DNA of 21,386 nt from contig JANLPS010000139.1 in the NCBI GenBank assembly GCA_031367385.1, positions 1 to 21,386 on the forward strand, in the 5' to 3' direction. The notes beneath the pieces were generated by a model. It was given only the letters and a program-made list of their open reading frames with translations. It did no database searches and was not told the origin of the DNA. A program made the position numbers and the translations under genes. The stretch comes from Archangium sp. (GTDB lineage: Bacteria; Myxococcota; Myxococcia; Myxococcales; Myxococcaceae). Below are positions 1 through 7,181 of the stretch, piece after piece. The number at the start of each line of letters is the position of its first letter. Position 1 is the first letter of the stretch.

Positions 1-695
1 ATGCCGTCGCCGTCGGTGTCGAGCTGGTTGACGTTGACGTTGCCCGAGCAGTTGTCAGTCGCGTCGCCGATGCCGTCGCCGTCTGAGTCGGGGTTACAAT
101 CAGCGACGACTTTGCCGTCGGCGCCCAAGACGAGCTCGTTCGGCGAGTGCGCCAACATCGCGCATTTGTCAGTGATGTTGGGGAAACCGTCGCCGTCAGC
201 GTCGGCGTCGCACACATCGCCCAGGCCGTTCTTGTTCAAGTCACCCTGCGCCAGGTTCGGCACGTTGGGGCAGTTGTCGGTGAGGTTCGCAATCGAGTCG
301 CCGTCGATGTCGGCGTCGCACAGGTCGCCCTGGCCGTCGCCGTCGGTGTCGAGCTGCGAGAAGTTGCTCGCGCCCGCGCAGTTGTCGCAGCTGCTGCCGA
401 CGCCGTCGCCGTCACCGTCGAGCTGGTCGCGGTTGCTGACGAAGGGGCAGTTGTCGGTGTCGTCTGACTTGCCGTCGCCGTCTGCGTCGTCGGTGTAAGC
501 CAGCGTCTTACCGTCGTCGGTGTAGGCAACCCAGACCGAGCACCCACAGCCGCAGCCACAGCCGCCGCCTTCTTCTTTCGGGGCGCCGCAGTCACTGCCC
601 AAACACTCCGGGTTGGTTGCACCTTGTGCGAAAACCGGCGCCGCCGCGAACATCACGGCAAAACCAGCAAGTCCAATCAGCGTTTTTCGATTCAT
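1..695 (-). CDS. mtsC: Secreted thrombospondin type-3 repeat protein, MtsC-like cell-cohesion protein (3' end runs off the window)
   Basis: Translated by hand on the minus strand from ATG 695, with GGAGG upstream: MNRKTLIGLAGFAVMFAAAPVFAQ (signal peptide), then NPECLGSDCGAPKEEGGGCGCGCGCSVWVAYTDDG, then about 8 Ca-binding DxDGDG..D(N)C repeats (DADGDGKSDDTDNCP, DTDGDGQGDLCD, DSDGDGIGDATDNC). No stop before base 1. The mtsC name is from recalled similarity and is less certain than the TSP3 call. Confidence 0.85.
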   Translation of the reverse strand, partial: MNRKTLIGLAGFAVMFAAAPVFAQGATNPECLGSDCGAPKEEGGGCGCGCGCSVWVAYTDDGKTLAYTDDADGDGKSDDTDNCPFVSNRDQLDGDGDGVGSSCDNCAGASNFSQLDTDGDGQGDLCDADIDGDSIANLTDNCPNVPNLAQGDLNKNGLGDVCDADADGDGFPNITDKCAMLAHSPNELVLGADGKVVADCNPDSDGDGIGDATDNCSGNVNVNQLDTDGDG

Positions 696-722
696 GTGTG
701 TTGCCTCCGGGAGATGGCTATC

Positions 723-737
723 GCAACAAGCGATCCA
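723..737 (-). promoter_or_regulatory. Putative sigma54 (-24/-12) promoter of the TSP3 gene
   Basis: Minus strand reads TGGATCGCTTGTTGC, which has exact GG-N10-GC spacing and ends in TTGC. The predicted start near 711 lies just before the GGAGG RBS. Confidence 0.55.
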
Positions 738-874
738 CCCCCTGGCGACGAGGCTCCGCACGGTTGGCTCGACCCCCTTGAGGGGCCAACCCCACACGCT
801 GAGGGGTGCTCTTGCCCCGCACCGTCAGCGCTCAAGAGGACTTTCCGCTGGGGGCCGATACACTTCCCGGCGCG

Positions 875-2125
875 ATGTCGATTGTGCTCCTCGCCGTTCT
901 CGCCCAGGCCAGCCGGGTCACCCTCGTCTTCGGGGGCGACGTCATTCCCCATGAGCCGGTGAAGCTGGCGGCCCGGGTGAACGAGCGCGTCGCGCAGGTC
1001 GATGGCGCCCGTGTAGGTGTCAGTCATGGAGGGTGGGACCATGTGTTGGGCCCACTGACCAGCGTGCTTCAGAGCGGTGACGTGGCGGTGATCAACCTCG
1101 AGACGCCGATCACCACGCTGGCGGCCCCGGAGCGCGGCGAGCTGACCTTCAGCGCGGGCCCCGAGCTGCTGGCGAGCCTCAAGCACGCAGGGGTGGGCGT
1201 GGTGAGCTTCGCCAACAACCACTGCCTTGATCAGCACCGTGAGGGCATCGTCTCGACCCGTACGTTGGCGGCGCAGGCGCAGCTGCTCTCGGTGGGGGCG
1301 GCGGCCACCGAGGCCGAAGCGTGGGAGCCGCTGATCATCGAGCGCCAGGGCTTTCGAATCGGGCTGCTCTCGTTCACCAGGTGGCTCAACGGGTACTCGA
1401 ATGTGAAAGACCCGGCCCAGCCCCACGTGCCGGTGGTGGCCTACCCCGATGATCAGATCATCGGCTCGCACTCGGTTGATCAGCTGCTCTCGGTGGTGAG
1501 CTCGGCGGCGAAGCGGGTCGACGTGCTGGTGGTGTCAGTGCACTGGGGCGACGAGTACGAGGCGCAGCCCAAGGTGTCAGACCGGTTGCTGGCGAAGGCG
1601 CTGATCAAGGCCGGCGCGACGCTGATCATCGGGCACCACCCCCATGTGCTGCAGCCGGTCGAGCTGATTTCGCGCGATGACGGGTCTCGCGGGTTGGTCG
1701 CTTTCTCATTGGGAAATCTGGTTTCGAACCAAGACGCCACCGACCCCGAAGGCGCGAAGCGAGACGGCCTGCTGTTGGCGGTGACGCTCGAGCGCCTGGC
1801 CAAGGGGTCGCCGGTGATCATCGCGCGGCTCACCCCATCAGCGGTGTTCACCGAGAACCGGCAGGCGGTCGGGTCACAGCGGCGCAGCGTTCAGGCGGTG
1901 CTGCTCGATGACGAGCTCGCGGCGATGGAGACCCGGGTGGTCGAGCTCAACGCACGTCGAGATGCCGAGAGCCGCGCAGAGAAGCGAGTGCTGCTCGAGC
2001 GACGGGCGTTGGCAGTGCAGCGCAGAGCGCGAATCGTCGGGTTGATGCCGCTGCTGGCACCGAATCCCGTTCAACCTGAGAGACTCGAAGGACCTGAGGG
2101 TCGGAGAAGTACAGGCACTGAATGA
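875..2125 (+). CDS. CapA family (PGA_cap) metallophosphoesterase
   Basis: Motifs GDVIPH, INLE, FANNHCLD, SVHWG, IGHHPHV and FSLGN. ATG 875 (MSIVLLAVLAQAS, hydrophobic N-terminus) is preferred over the 806 start. Confidence 0.9.
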   Translation: MSIVLLAVLAQASRVTLVFGGDVIPHEPVKLAARVNERVAQVDGARVGVSHGGWDHVLGPLTSVLQSGDVAVINLETPITTLAAPERGELTFSAGPELLASLKHAGVGVVSFANNHCLDQHREGIVSTRTLAAQAQLLSVGAAATEAEAWEPLIIERQGFRIGLLSFTRWLNGYSNVKDPAQPHVPVVAYPDDQIIGSHSVDQLLSVVSSAAKRVDVLVVSVHWGDEYEAQPKVSDRLLAKALIKAGATLIIGHHPHVLQPVELISRDDGSRGLVAFSLGNLVSNQDATDPEGAKRDGLLLAVTLERLAKGSPVIIARLTPSAVFTENRQAVGSQRRSVQAVLLDDELAAMETRVVELNARRDAESRAEKRVLLERRALAVQRRARIVGLMPLLAPNPVQPERLEGPEGRRSTGTE

Positions 2126-2152
2126 GGGTGGTTCGAGGCCCTCACCATGACC
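2067..2152. repeat. Inverted pair of REP-like hairpin repeats (copy A 2067-2092 +, copy B 2129-2152 -)
   Basis: Copy A, CCGTTCAACCTGAGAGACTCGAAGGA, matches the reverse complement of 8387-8412 at 21/26 positions. Copy B reverse complement is GGTCATGGTGAGGGCCTCGAACCA, with the same stem-GAG-N3-CTC-GA-stem layout. Confidence 0.65.
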
Positions 2153-2158
2153 TTGGCC

Positions 2159-2317
2159 TCAGTCCATCGGGTGGAGCTTCTTGAGCGCCGCCACGACTTT
2201 TTCTCTGGGCAACAACGCGCGGCCCTTCGGCAGCGCAGGGGCGACCGGCTTGTTCGCTTTGACCCGCTCGAGCACCTCAACCGGCACCACCGCGGTCTTC
2301 GCCGTTTTGCGCGCCAT
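2159..2317 (-). CDS. Small basic hypothetical protein, 52 aa (below the ORF-track cutoff)
   Basis: MARKTAKTAVVPVEVLERVKANKPVAPALPKGRALLPREKVVAALKKLHPMD*. ATG lies 3 nt after the upstream gene's TGA, GGAG is upstream, and third codon positions are GC-rich. Confidence 0.7.
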   Translation of the reverse strand: MARKTAKTAVVPVEVLERVKANKPVAPALPKGRALLPREKVVAALKKLHPMD

Positions 2318-2320
2318 TGA

Positions 2321-2593
2321 TCAGAAGCTCCGCTTGGCCGCGATGGTGCGCAGCAAGCCGCCGTTGGCCGACAAGTAGGCGCGAAACTCACCTTCGGGCA
2401 GGTTCATTCGGGCGAGCACGCCGCTGATCAGCTGATCAAGCGGCTGGGCGTCGGCCTTCTTCAGCTCCATCGCGATCTTCAACATCGCCACGCCGTAGAG
2501 CGGGCTCGCGGTGACCGTATCGGCCAGGTGATCAGCGTTGTGAGAATGCGACTCAATCGAAACCACAGAGGCCTGCGCCCTTCGAACGGTCAT
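2321..2593 (-). CDS. Small hypothetical protein, 90 aa, probably helical
   Basis: C-terminal part of ORF 2321..2974, from ATG 2593 (MTVRRAQASVVSIESH...LLRTIAAKRSF). The longer N-terminus is antisense to the kinase gene. A promoter sits directly before this ATG. Confidence 0.75.
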   Translation of the reverse strand: MTVRRAQASVVSIESHSHNADHLADTVTASPLYGVAMLKIAMELKKADAQPLDQLISGVLARMNLPEGEFRAYLSANGGLLRTIAAKRSF

Positions 2594-2628
2594 TTCATGA
2601 CCATACATGACACTGCACTCATGGTCAA
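2588..2628 (-). promoter_or_regulatory. Sigma70-type promoter (TTGACC-N17-TATGGT-N6-ATG) overlapped by palindromic operator-like sites
   Basis: -35 at 2628-2623 and -10 at 2605-2600, with no SD. Palindrome GGTCAT-TTC-ATGACC at 2588-2602. Inverted repeat TGACCAT (2598-2604) / ATGGTCA (2621-2627). Confidence 0.65.
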
Positions 2629-2746
2629 TCAAGCCTCCGAGATCACTCGTGATTTTGCTTCTCCCGTTGCCCAAAACGAGGTTGTGTGGTTCTGTGTCGC
2701 GCGCGTTTTGAGGCCGATTTGCAGCCTCCGGAGCCACTGCGACCCG

Positions 2747-3394
2747 ATGAAGCTCGATCACCGGTACATCGTTGTCGAAGGCCCGATCGGCGTCGGTAAA
2801 TCGTCGCTCACGAACATCGTCGCGCAGCGCTTCGAGGCCCGCCGGGTCATGGAGGTCGTCGAAGAGAACCCGTTCTTGGCCAGCTTCTACGACGACCGCG
2901 CCAAATACGCCTTTCAGACCCAGATGTTCTTCTTGTTGAGCCGCTTCAAGCAGCAACAAGCGCTCTTTCAGCAAGATTTGTTCAGCGAGGTCACGGTCAG
3001 CGACTACCTCTTCGCCAAAGATCGCATCTTCGCGATGCTGACCCTCGACCCGAACGAGCTCTCTCTGTACGAGCGCGTGTTCGAGGCGCTCAGCCCAAGG
3101 GTCACCAAGCCCGACCTCGTCATCTACCTGCAGGCCCGAATCGACGTCTTATTGGCCCGAATCAAGAAGCGAGGTCGCGAATTCGAGCGCAGATTCGACC
3201 CGAATTACCTCGAGAGCCTGTGCAAGGCGTACAACGACTTCTTCTTTCACTACACCGAGACGCCATTGCTGGTGGTCAACACCTCTGACATCGACTTCGT
3301 CAACAACCCCGACGACCTCGACAACCTGCTTAACGTGGTGCGTCAAACCAAGAAGGGCACGGTTCACTACCAGCCCTTGCCAAGCAAACGCTGA
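2747..3394 (+). CDS. Deoxynucleoside kinase (dNK/dgk family)
   Basis: P-loop EGPIGVGKSS, plus ENPFL..FY, FQTQMFFLLSR, SDYLFAKD, PDLVIYL and RGREFE. ATG 2747 has GGAG upstream. The position before panB is typical. Confidence 0.92.
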   Translation: MKLDHRYIVVEGPIGVGKSSLTNIVAQRFEARRVMEVVEENPFLASFYDDRAKYAFQTQMFFLLSRFKQQQALFQQDLFSEVTVSDYLFAKDRIFAMLTLDPNELSLYERVFEALSPRVTKPDLVIYLQARIDVLLARIKKRGREFERRFDPNYLESLCKAYNDFFFHYTETPLLVVNTSDIDFVNNPDDLDNLLNVVRQTKKGTVHYQPLPSKR

Positions 3395-3429
3395 GCAGCC
3401 TTGCTATGGGCCCTCGCAACGAAGCCCCT

Positions 3430-3467
3430 CGTCTCTCCGGCGACCCGTCAATGGGCGGCGAATGGAG
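3430..3467 (+). promoter_or_regulatory. Structured panB 5' leader (candidate pan RNA motif-like hairpin)
   Basis: In the 133-nt gap before panB there is a bulged hairpin CCG-(GCGA)-CCCG-TCAA-TGGG-CGG (3437-3458), with alternative CTCC/GGAG pairing. Confidence 0.35.
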
Positions 3468-3527
3468 CCGAATCAGTCAGCAGCGATACCCCCAAAAAGC
3501 GTCATCGAACGCATTCGGAGGTGAACC

Positions 3528-4418
3528 ATGAAGGACACGGTCACCATCCACACACTGAAGAAGTTGAAAACCGCAGGTCAGAAGATCTGCATGATCACGG
3601 CGTACGACGCGACCTTCGCTCGAATCTTCGACGAGGCCGGCGCCGACGTGTTGCTGGTCGGCGATTCGCTCGGCATGGTCGTGCAAGGCAACGACTCGAC
3701 CCTGCCCGTGACGATGGACCAAATGGTCTATCACTGCAGGGCCGTCACCAAAGGCACCAAGCGGGCGCACGTGGTCGGCGACTTGCCGTTCATGAGCTAC
3801 CAGGCCGGCATCGAAGACGCGGTTCGCAACGCGGGCCGGTTGGTCTCTGAAGGTGGCGTGGGCAGCGTGAAGCTCGAGGGCGGGCAGGAGTTCGTCGACG
3901 TCATCTCACGCATCGTTCGGGCCTCGATACCAGTGATGGGCCACTTGGGGCTGACGCCGCAATCGGTGCACAAGATGGGCGGCTACGTGGTGCAGGGGCG
4001 CGATGAAGACACCGCGCGCCGCTTGCTCGAAGACGCCGTCGCGCTCGAGCAGGCCGGGGCCTACGCGGTGGTGCTCGAGGGCGTACCGTTGGAGCTGGGC
4101 AAGCAGATCACCGCTCGGCTCTCGATACCCACCATCGGCATCGGCGCCGGCAAGTACTGCGACGGGCAGGTGCTGGTCAGCTACGACCTGCTGGGGCTCA
4201 ACCCCAACTTCAAGCCGAAGTTCGTCAAGCGCTACGCCAACCTCTTCGAAGGCGTCACCGACGCAGCCAAGACCTTCTTCGCCGAGGTGCGCTCGTCGCA
4301 TTTTCCCGATGAAGATCATTCGTTTCGCAACGCCAACATGCGGCTGGTCGCCTCGAACCCCGATCTCGCGGTCGGCGAGCGCGACGAGAAGAGCGGCGTC
4401 TACGGCGTGCCGGTGTGA
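3528..4418 (+). CDS. panB: 3-methyl-2-oxobutanoate hydroxymethyltransferase
   Basis: Motifs [48 protein letters not shown] and CDGQVLV. Strong GGAGGTGA RBS. Confidence 0.97.
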   Translation: MKDTVTIHTLKKLKTAGQKICMITAYDATFARIFDEAGADVLLVGDSLGMVVQGNDSTLPVTMDQMVYHCRAVTKGTKRAHVVGDLPFMSYQAGIEDAVRNAGRLVSEGGVGSVKLEGGQEFVDVISRIVRASIPVMGHLGLTPQSVHKMGGYVVQGRDEDTARRLLEDAVALEQAGAYAVVLEGVPLELGKQITARLSIPTIGIGAGKYCDGQVLVSYDLLGLNPNFKPKFVKRYANLFEGVTDAAKTFFAEVRSSHFPDEDHSFRNANMRLVASNPDLAVGERDEKSGVYGVPV

Positions 4419-5272
4419 GTGGCGCGGTGAGCGTGCTCGAGACTCCCGACGCGGTGCGGGCGTGGGTGCGCGAGCGCAATCGGTCAGGGCAACGCATCGC
4501 CCTGGTGCCGACGATGGGCTTTCTGCACGACGGGCATGTGTCGTTGATGCGAGAGGCCCGCGCGCGCGCAGACGTGGTGGCGGTCAGCATCTTCGTGAAC
4601 CCGACCCAGTTCGGGCCCAAAGAAGATTTGAGCCGCTACCCGCGTGACCTCGCCGGAGACCTTCAGAAGTGCGAAGCGGCCGGGGTCTCGGTCGTCTACG
4701 CCCCGCAGCCGGCAACGGTGTACCCAGAGGGGTACCAGAGCTACGTCACCGTCGAAGCCGTCTCGCAGGGGATGGATGGCGACCGGCGCCCCGGGCACTT
4801 TCGCGGCGTGGCCACCGTGGTCACCAAGTTGTTGGCCCTCTTCAGGCCCGACGTCGCGGTGTTCGGCGAAAAAGACTACCAGCAGCTGCAGGTCATCACC
4901 GCGCTCAACGCCGACCTCGAGCTGGGCGCGCAGATCATCGGCATGCCCACCCGTCGCGACGCCGATGGGCTGGCAATGTCATCTCGCAACTCGTACCTCT
5001 CGCCGATAGACCGGGTGAGGGCGGTAGCGTTGTCGCGCGGGCTGTTCGCCGCACAGGCTGCCGCACGGGCCGGTGAGACAGACGTGAGGGCCCTGATTGC
5101 GCTGGCCCGTGCGCCGCTGACCGAAGGGGCGATTCGCGAAGACTACCTCGAGGTTCGGCACGCCAAGACGCTCGCGCCGCTCACCACGCTCACCCCGGCA
5201 GAGCCAGCCCGTATGCTGGTCGCCGCCTTCTTGGGCACCACCCGGCTGATCGACAATTTGGCGCTCACGTAA
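4415..5272 (+). CDS. panC: Pantoate--beta-alanine ligase
   Basis: Motifs [45 protein letters not shown] and RLIDN. GTGA overlap with panB. Confidence 0.97.
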   Translation: MSGAVSVLETPDAVRAWVRERNRSGQRIALVPTMGFLHDGHVSLMREARARADVVAVSIFVNPTQFGPKEDLSRYPRDLAGDLQKCEAAGVSVVYAPQPATVYPEGYQSYVTVEAVSQGMDGDRRPGHFRGVATVVTKLLALFRPDVAVFGEKDYQQLQVITALNADLELGAQIIGMPTRRDADGLAMSSRNSYLSPIDRVRAVALSRGLFAAQAAARAGETDVRALIALARAPLTEGAIREDYLEVRHAKTLAPLTTLTPAEPARMLVAAFLGTTRLIDNLALT

Positions 5273-5319
5273 AGGCGCCATTGCCCGGGGAGCGCGGTGT
5301 ATAGAGCGGCGGTAAGAGC

Positions 5320-5802
5320 ATGAGCCACAAAGCGTCAACGCGTGAGAAGAGCACCGGTGAGCGCATCATCTGCGAGCACCGCCGCGCGAAGCATGACTAC
5401 ACCATCGACGACACCATCGAGGCAGGCATTGCGCTAATGGGCAGCGAAGTGAAGGCGCTGCGCAACGGCGAGGGCAACTTGAACGACGCGTATGCGTTGC
5501 CTTTCAAAGACGAGCTGTTTCTGCACAACGCCCACATCGGCGCCTACAAACCGGCGATGGCGTTCGGGCACTTGCCCGTGAGAACCCGCAAGTTGCTGCT
5601 CCACCGAAAGGAAATCGATAAGTGGAGTGCGAAGGTGCGCGAGCGGGGTTACACGATTGTGCCGTTGATGCTCTACTTCAAGGGAGCCCACGTGAAAGTG
5701 CGGCTCGGTCTGGCACTGGGCAAGACGAACATCGATCGCCGTAGCACCATCAAAGAACGGGAGACGAAGCGAGAGATTGATCGCGCGCTTCGACGCAGGT
5801 GA
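5320..5802 (+). CDS. smpB: SsrA-binding protein
   Basis: Motifs RRAKHDY, EAGIALMGSEVKALR, RTRKLLLHRKEI and TIVPLMLYFK, with a basic C-terminal tail. Confidence 0.96.
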   Translation: MSHKASTREKSTGERIICEHRRAKHDYTIDDTIEAGIALMGSEVKALRNGEGNLNDAYALPFKDELFLHNAHIGAYKPAMAFGHLPVRTRKLLLHRKEIDKWSAKVRERGYTIVPLMLYFKGAHVKVRLGLALGKTNIDRRSTIKERETKREIDRALRRR

Positions 5803-6329
5803 TGGACAAGCGAACCCAGGAAAAAAAGAAGCGCCTGCTGGAGTCGCTCGAGAAGGGCATGGCCCAGGTGCATCTCGACGCGCGCAGACCGTTCGTCGGA
5901 GTGCCCGAGCGTTTCAAAGATCAGCCCCAGCTGGTGCTGAACATCAGCTACCGGTTCGAGCCCCCCGATTTGACGGTCAGCGATTGGGGCGTGCGCGAGA
6001 CCTTGAGCTTCGGCGGCGAGCGGTTCATGTGTGGCATCCCCTGGTCGGCGATTTTTGCCGTCGCCAGCGTGGTGACCCGCGAATTTTGGATGTACCCCGA
6101 TGACATGCCGGCCGAGGTGATGGCCAACGCGGTCGAGAAGTACGGCGGCGGCGAGGTGCGTGCGAAGTGGCCCAAGACCAAAGAAGAAGAGGCGGCCGCC
6201 GCGGCGAAACCGAAGGCGTTGCTGCGCGAGGTCGTGCTCGAGAAGTCAGATGACGACGAGGCGCCCCCCGAGGGCCCCAAAGACCCGCCCGAGCCGCCCA
6301 AGCGAGGCCATTTGCGGGTGGTGAAGTAA
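5799..6329 (+). CDS. sspB: ClpXP specificity-enhancing adaptor, SspB family
   Basis: HLDARR..VGVP, LVLNIS, LSFGG and IPWSAIFA, then an acidic/Pro linker and the C-terminal ClpX-binding-type motif RGHLRVVK. Start is GTG 5799 or ATG 5802, overlapping the smpB stop. Confidence 0.88.
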   Translation: MMDKRTQEKKKRLLESLEKGMAQVHLDARRPFVGVPERFKDQPQLVLNISYRFEPPDLTVSDWGVRETLSFGGERFMCGIPWSAIFAVASVVTREFWMYPDDMPAEVMANAVEKYGGGEVRAKWPKTKEEEAAAAAKPKALLREVVLEKSDDDEAPPEGPKDPPEPPKRGHLRVVK

Positions 6330-6340
6330 GCGGTCTCGCC

Positions 6341-7147
6341 GTGGAGCTCGCCTCGTTGCCAGTGGTGGAGTCGCTTCGTCGGTCGGGCCCGGTCACCTTC
6401 GAGCGGGTGCGGTGGCCTGGCATCGAGGCGCCGGTGCTGCTCGCCCGGGTTGCCCGCGATGAGGTGCTGGCCGAGTCATTTGCTCCCGCGCAGCGGGCCA
6501 GCTTGCTGCGGGGGCCCGGCCTGGCGCAGAGCCTCGAAGTGTTTTGGGACGAGCCGGTACCGCACATCGTGCAGGCGCTCCCGGAGGGCATCTCGCTTCG
6601 TGAGCTTCGTGCCGAGCGGCTGGGCTGGCGGGTCGCGTGCTCGGTGGTCAGAGCGATGGCCCAGGGCGTTGCCACGCTGCACGAGCACGGGTTTGGAGCG
6701 GGGCGGTTGGGCGCTGCGTCGGTGTGGTTGGGCACCAGCGGCGAGGCGGTGCTGCTCGGGCACGGGTTGACGCAATTGAAGTACCGCTCGCAGCCGGGGT
6801 CGCCGAGTGAGATGCCTCCTGAAGAGCTGGCGGGGCTGGGCGAGATTTCACCCGAGCTGCCGGGTGACTCGTTTCGGTTGGGGCTCTTGTTGATGGAGCT
6901 CGCGGTGGGAGACCACCCGTTTCACCACCTGACGCCCGCGCAGTTCATCGAGGGTCGCTGGGAGCTCGACTTCGCGGCCTATCGCGTCGAGTTGGCGCCG
7001 GTCGCGAAGGTGCTGGCGATGTTGATGCACCCGAGCTCGATCGCTCGCCCTCGGGGCGCGCTGCTGATTGAGGTGATTGATCAGGCGTGCCCTGGCGATT
7101 GGCGCTCGGTGGTCGCCGCGGCTGCGAAAGACCTGGTGATGAAGTAG
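6341..7147 (+). CDS. Degenerate Ser/Thr protein kinase-like protein (probable pseudokinase)
   Basis: Retains Hanks-fold landmarks (GISLREL, GVATLH, MPPEE, GDSFRLGLLLMELAVGDHPF, ARP) but lacks the Gly loop, VAIK Lys, HRD and DFG. Confidence 0.7.
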   Translation: MELASLPVVESLRRSGPVTFERVRWPGIEAPVLLARVARDEVLAESFAPAQRASLLRGPGLAQSLEVFWDEPVPHIVQALPEGISLRELRAERLGWRVACSVVRAMAQGVATLHEHGFGAGRLGAASVWLGTSGEAVLLGHGLTQLKYRSQPGSPSEMPPEELAGLGEISPELPGDSFRLGLLLMELAVGDHPFHHLTPAQFIEGRWELDFAAYRVELAPVAKVLAMLMHPSSIARPRGALLIEVIDQACPGDWRSVVAAAAKDLVMK

Positions 7148-7181
7148 AGCGCACGGCAGGTCGCTCACCACTGGGGGCACT

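Noticed and set aside
1..498. Plus-strand Ser/Pro-rich ORF (PSPS repeats)
   Set aside because: It is the antisense shadow of the DGDG thrombospondin repeats on the minus strand.
832..861. Sigma28-like TCAA...GCCGATAC before capA
   Set aside because: The spacer is 18 nt rather than 15, and the overlapping TACACT is an equally good sigma70 -10.
2528..2746. Long N-terminal extension of the deoxynucleoside kinase, and the extension of the minus ORF to 2974
   Set aside because: They overlap the divergent promoter region or the opposite gene. Family motifs begin at ATG 2747.
5273..7181. tmRNA (ssrA) near smpB
   Set aside because: No intergenic space is large enough and no tRNA-like ends were seen.
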